A DNA stretch of 64,000 bases. Origin: Octopus bimaculoides (lineage: Eukaryota). The translations under genes were made by a program, and so were the position numbers. Shown one piece after another: positions 62,551 through 64,000 of this stretch. A model generated the notes under the pieces. The model was given only the letters and a program-made list of their open reading frames with translations. It was not told where the DNA came from and ran no database searches. Location: the NCBI RefSeq assembly GCF_001194135.2, contig NC_068982.1, forward strand, positions 38,240,868-38,304,867, written 5' to 3'. How positions within the stretch are numbered: position 1 is the first letter of the stretch; each line of letters begins with the position of its first letter.

Positions 62551-64000
62551 AACCCCCTAGAGTGTACCATTAGCATGCATTGAACTGAGAAAGTTTTGTG
62601 ACTTTGCATGCTTTTATCTAAATAACAGTTTAATGACCAATGTGGATGGTATCTCACATTTGTTATTTTATCAATAACTATATTACAGTAAGGTAGTGAG
62701 CTGGTAGAGTCATTACCACACCAGGGAAAATGCTTAGCATTTTTTCTGACTTTGCATTCCGAGTTCAAATGCCACTAGGATCAACATTGCATTTCATCCT
62801 TTCAGGGTTAATAAAATAAGTGTCTCCTCTGAAATTGCTGGCTTTGCCCCAAAATTTGAAATCGATATTTATGTTACTGATTGCAAAAAATTTCACACTT
62901 TAGTATATATATATACATATATATCATTTACCTTGACTGACAAGTTATGGAACAGCTGTGCATCTTCTGAAGAGCCTCATGAGTAGAAAAGTGTACTTGG
63001 ATTATCTTCTGCTATTTTTTGATGCAAGTAACATTGGCTATCCACAATTTTTCTTTGCTACACATTTGAAATAGACTTCAAATTTCTAATATATTAATAA
63101 TTAAATAAGGCGATGAGCTGGCAGAATTGTTAGCACACCAGGCAAAATGCTTGACAGCATTTCATCCATTTTTGTATTCTGTATTCAAATTCTGCCAAGG
63201 TGGACTTTACCTTTCATCCTTTCAAGGTTGATAAAATAAGTACCAGTTGAGCACTGGGATCAATGTAATTGACTTACCTCCACCCCAAAATTGCTGGCCT
63301 TGTGCCAAAATTTGAATCCAATATTTTAATAATTAAATAAGTTTAAAAGCAAGCTTCAATCCCACAGGCTGGATGTTAGAATATATTCAGATTTTCAAGG
63401 CATAAAAGCTGGAATTGCAAGACTTAAACCCTTAAATAGGATGACAGTCCATCATTGAGTTAATCCCAGGTGCCAGTGTTACTCATTTAAAGCTAAATAT
63501 ACTGCAGCAACATAAAATAAAGTGCCTTGCTCAAGGACTCAATGCACCACCCAGTTTAAGAACTAAACCTAGGACCTAACCATTTTAATCCCAACACATT
63601 AACAACTAGGCTAAGGACCTTCAATTTCTTACTATGGTTATGCAAAAAAATTTTAATTTCCTATATCGCAAAAGAGACTTCTTAACATATTTAATTCTTA
63701 ATGGTCATCTTTCTTCCTTTTTTTTTTTTGGCTTGTTTCAATCATTGGATTGCAGTTATGCCAGGGCACCACCTTGAATCGAACAGATTGACCCAAGCAT
63801 TTAATTTTTAATTTGCATTATTTTATCAGTCTTTTTTGCCAAACTATTAAGTAACAAACCAACACCGGTTATCAAGTAGTGGTGGGCAACTAACACAACA
63901 CAAATAAAAGACACACACACACACACGACAGGCTCCTCTCAGTTTCTGTCCACTCAAAGCTTTGGTCAGTCTGAAGCTATGGTAGAAGGCACTAGGCCAA

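Noticed and set aside
62932-63057. In-frame TGA in a 126-nt exon-like segment (…FYS*GSSED…) as possible selenocysteine
   Set aside because: No similarity to a selenoprotein family I recognise, no SECIS seen, and no evidence the segment is coding.

Overview
Eukaryotic, AT-rich, microsatellite- and transposon-dense genomic DNA with nine N-gaps. The SINE/RTE repertoire and simple-repeat load resemble an octopod cephalopod (inference). One protein-coding gene is well supported: a minus-strand TBC1D2/TBC1D2B-like Rab-GAP (PH domain, coiled-coil region, TBC domain). I reconstructed 16 phase-consistent exons from 44252 down to 4262 (2133 nt, 711 codons), including one GC-AG intron, plus a plausible first exon at 52042-52119. 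Both TBC catalytic motifs (QIFVDLLRT, IGYCQG) are intact; the C-terminal exons were not found. The rest is intronic or upstream DNA filled with several SINE families, RTE, CR1/L2-like, Penelope-like and restriction-like-endonuclease (RLE) LINE remnants, mariner fragments, a Helitron helicase remnant, and piggyBac-, hAT- and TA-type MITEs. The most interesting non-genic signal is a ~300-bp palindrome at 47721-48018 made of two inverted, complementarily decayed minimal type I hammerhead ribozyme motifs. Also notable are a PHD finger inside an RTE ORF and an RLE LINE end embedded in a TACA microsatellite. Almost all ORF-track ORFs are artefacts of simple repeats or gaps. No CRISPR arrays, rRNA or bona fide tRNA genes were seen.
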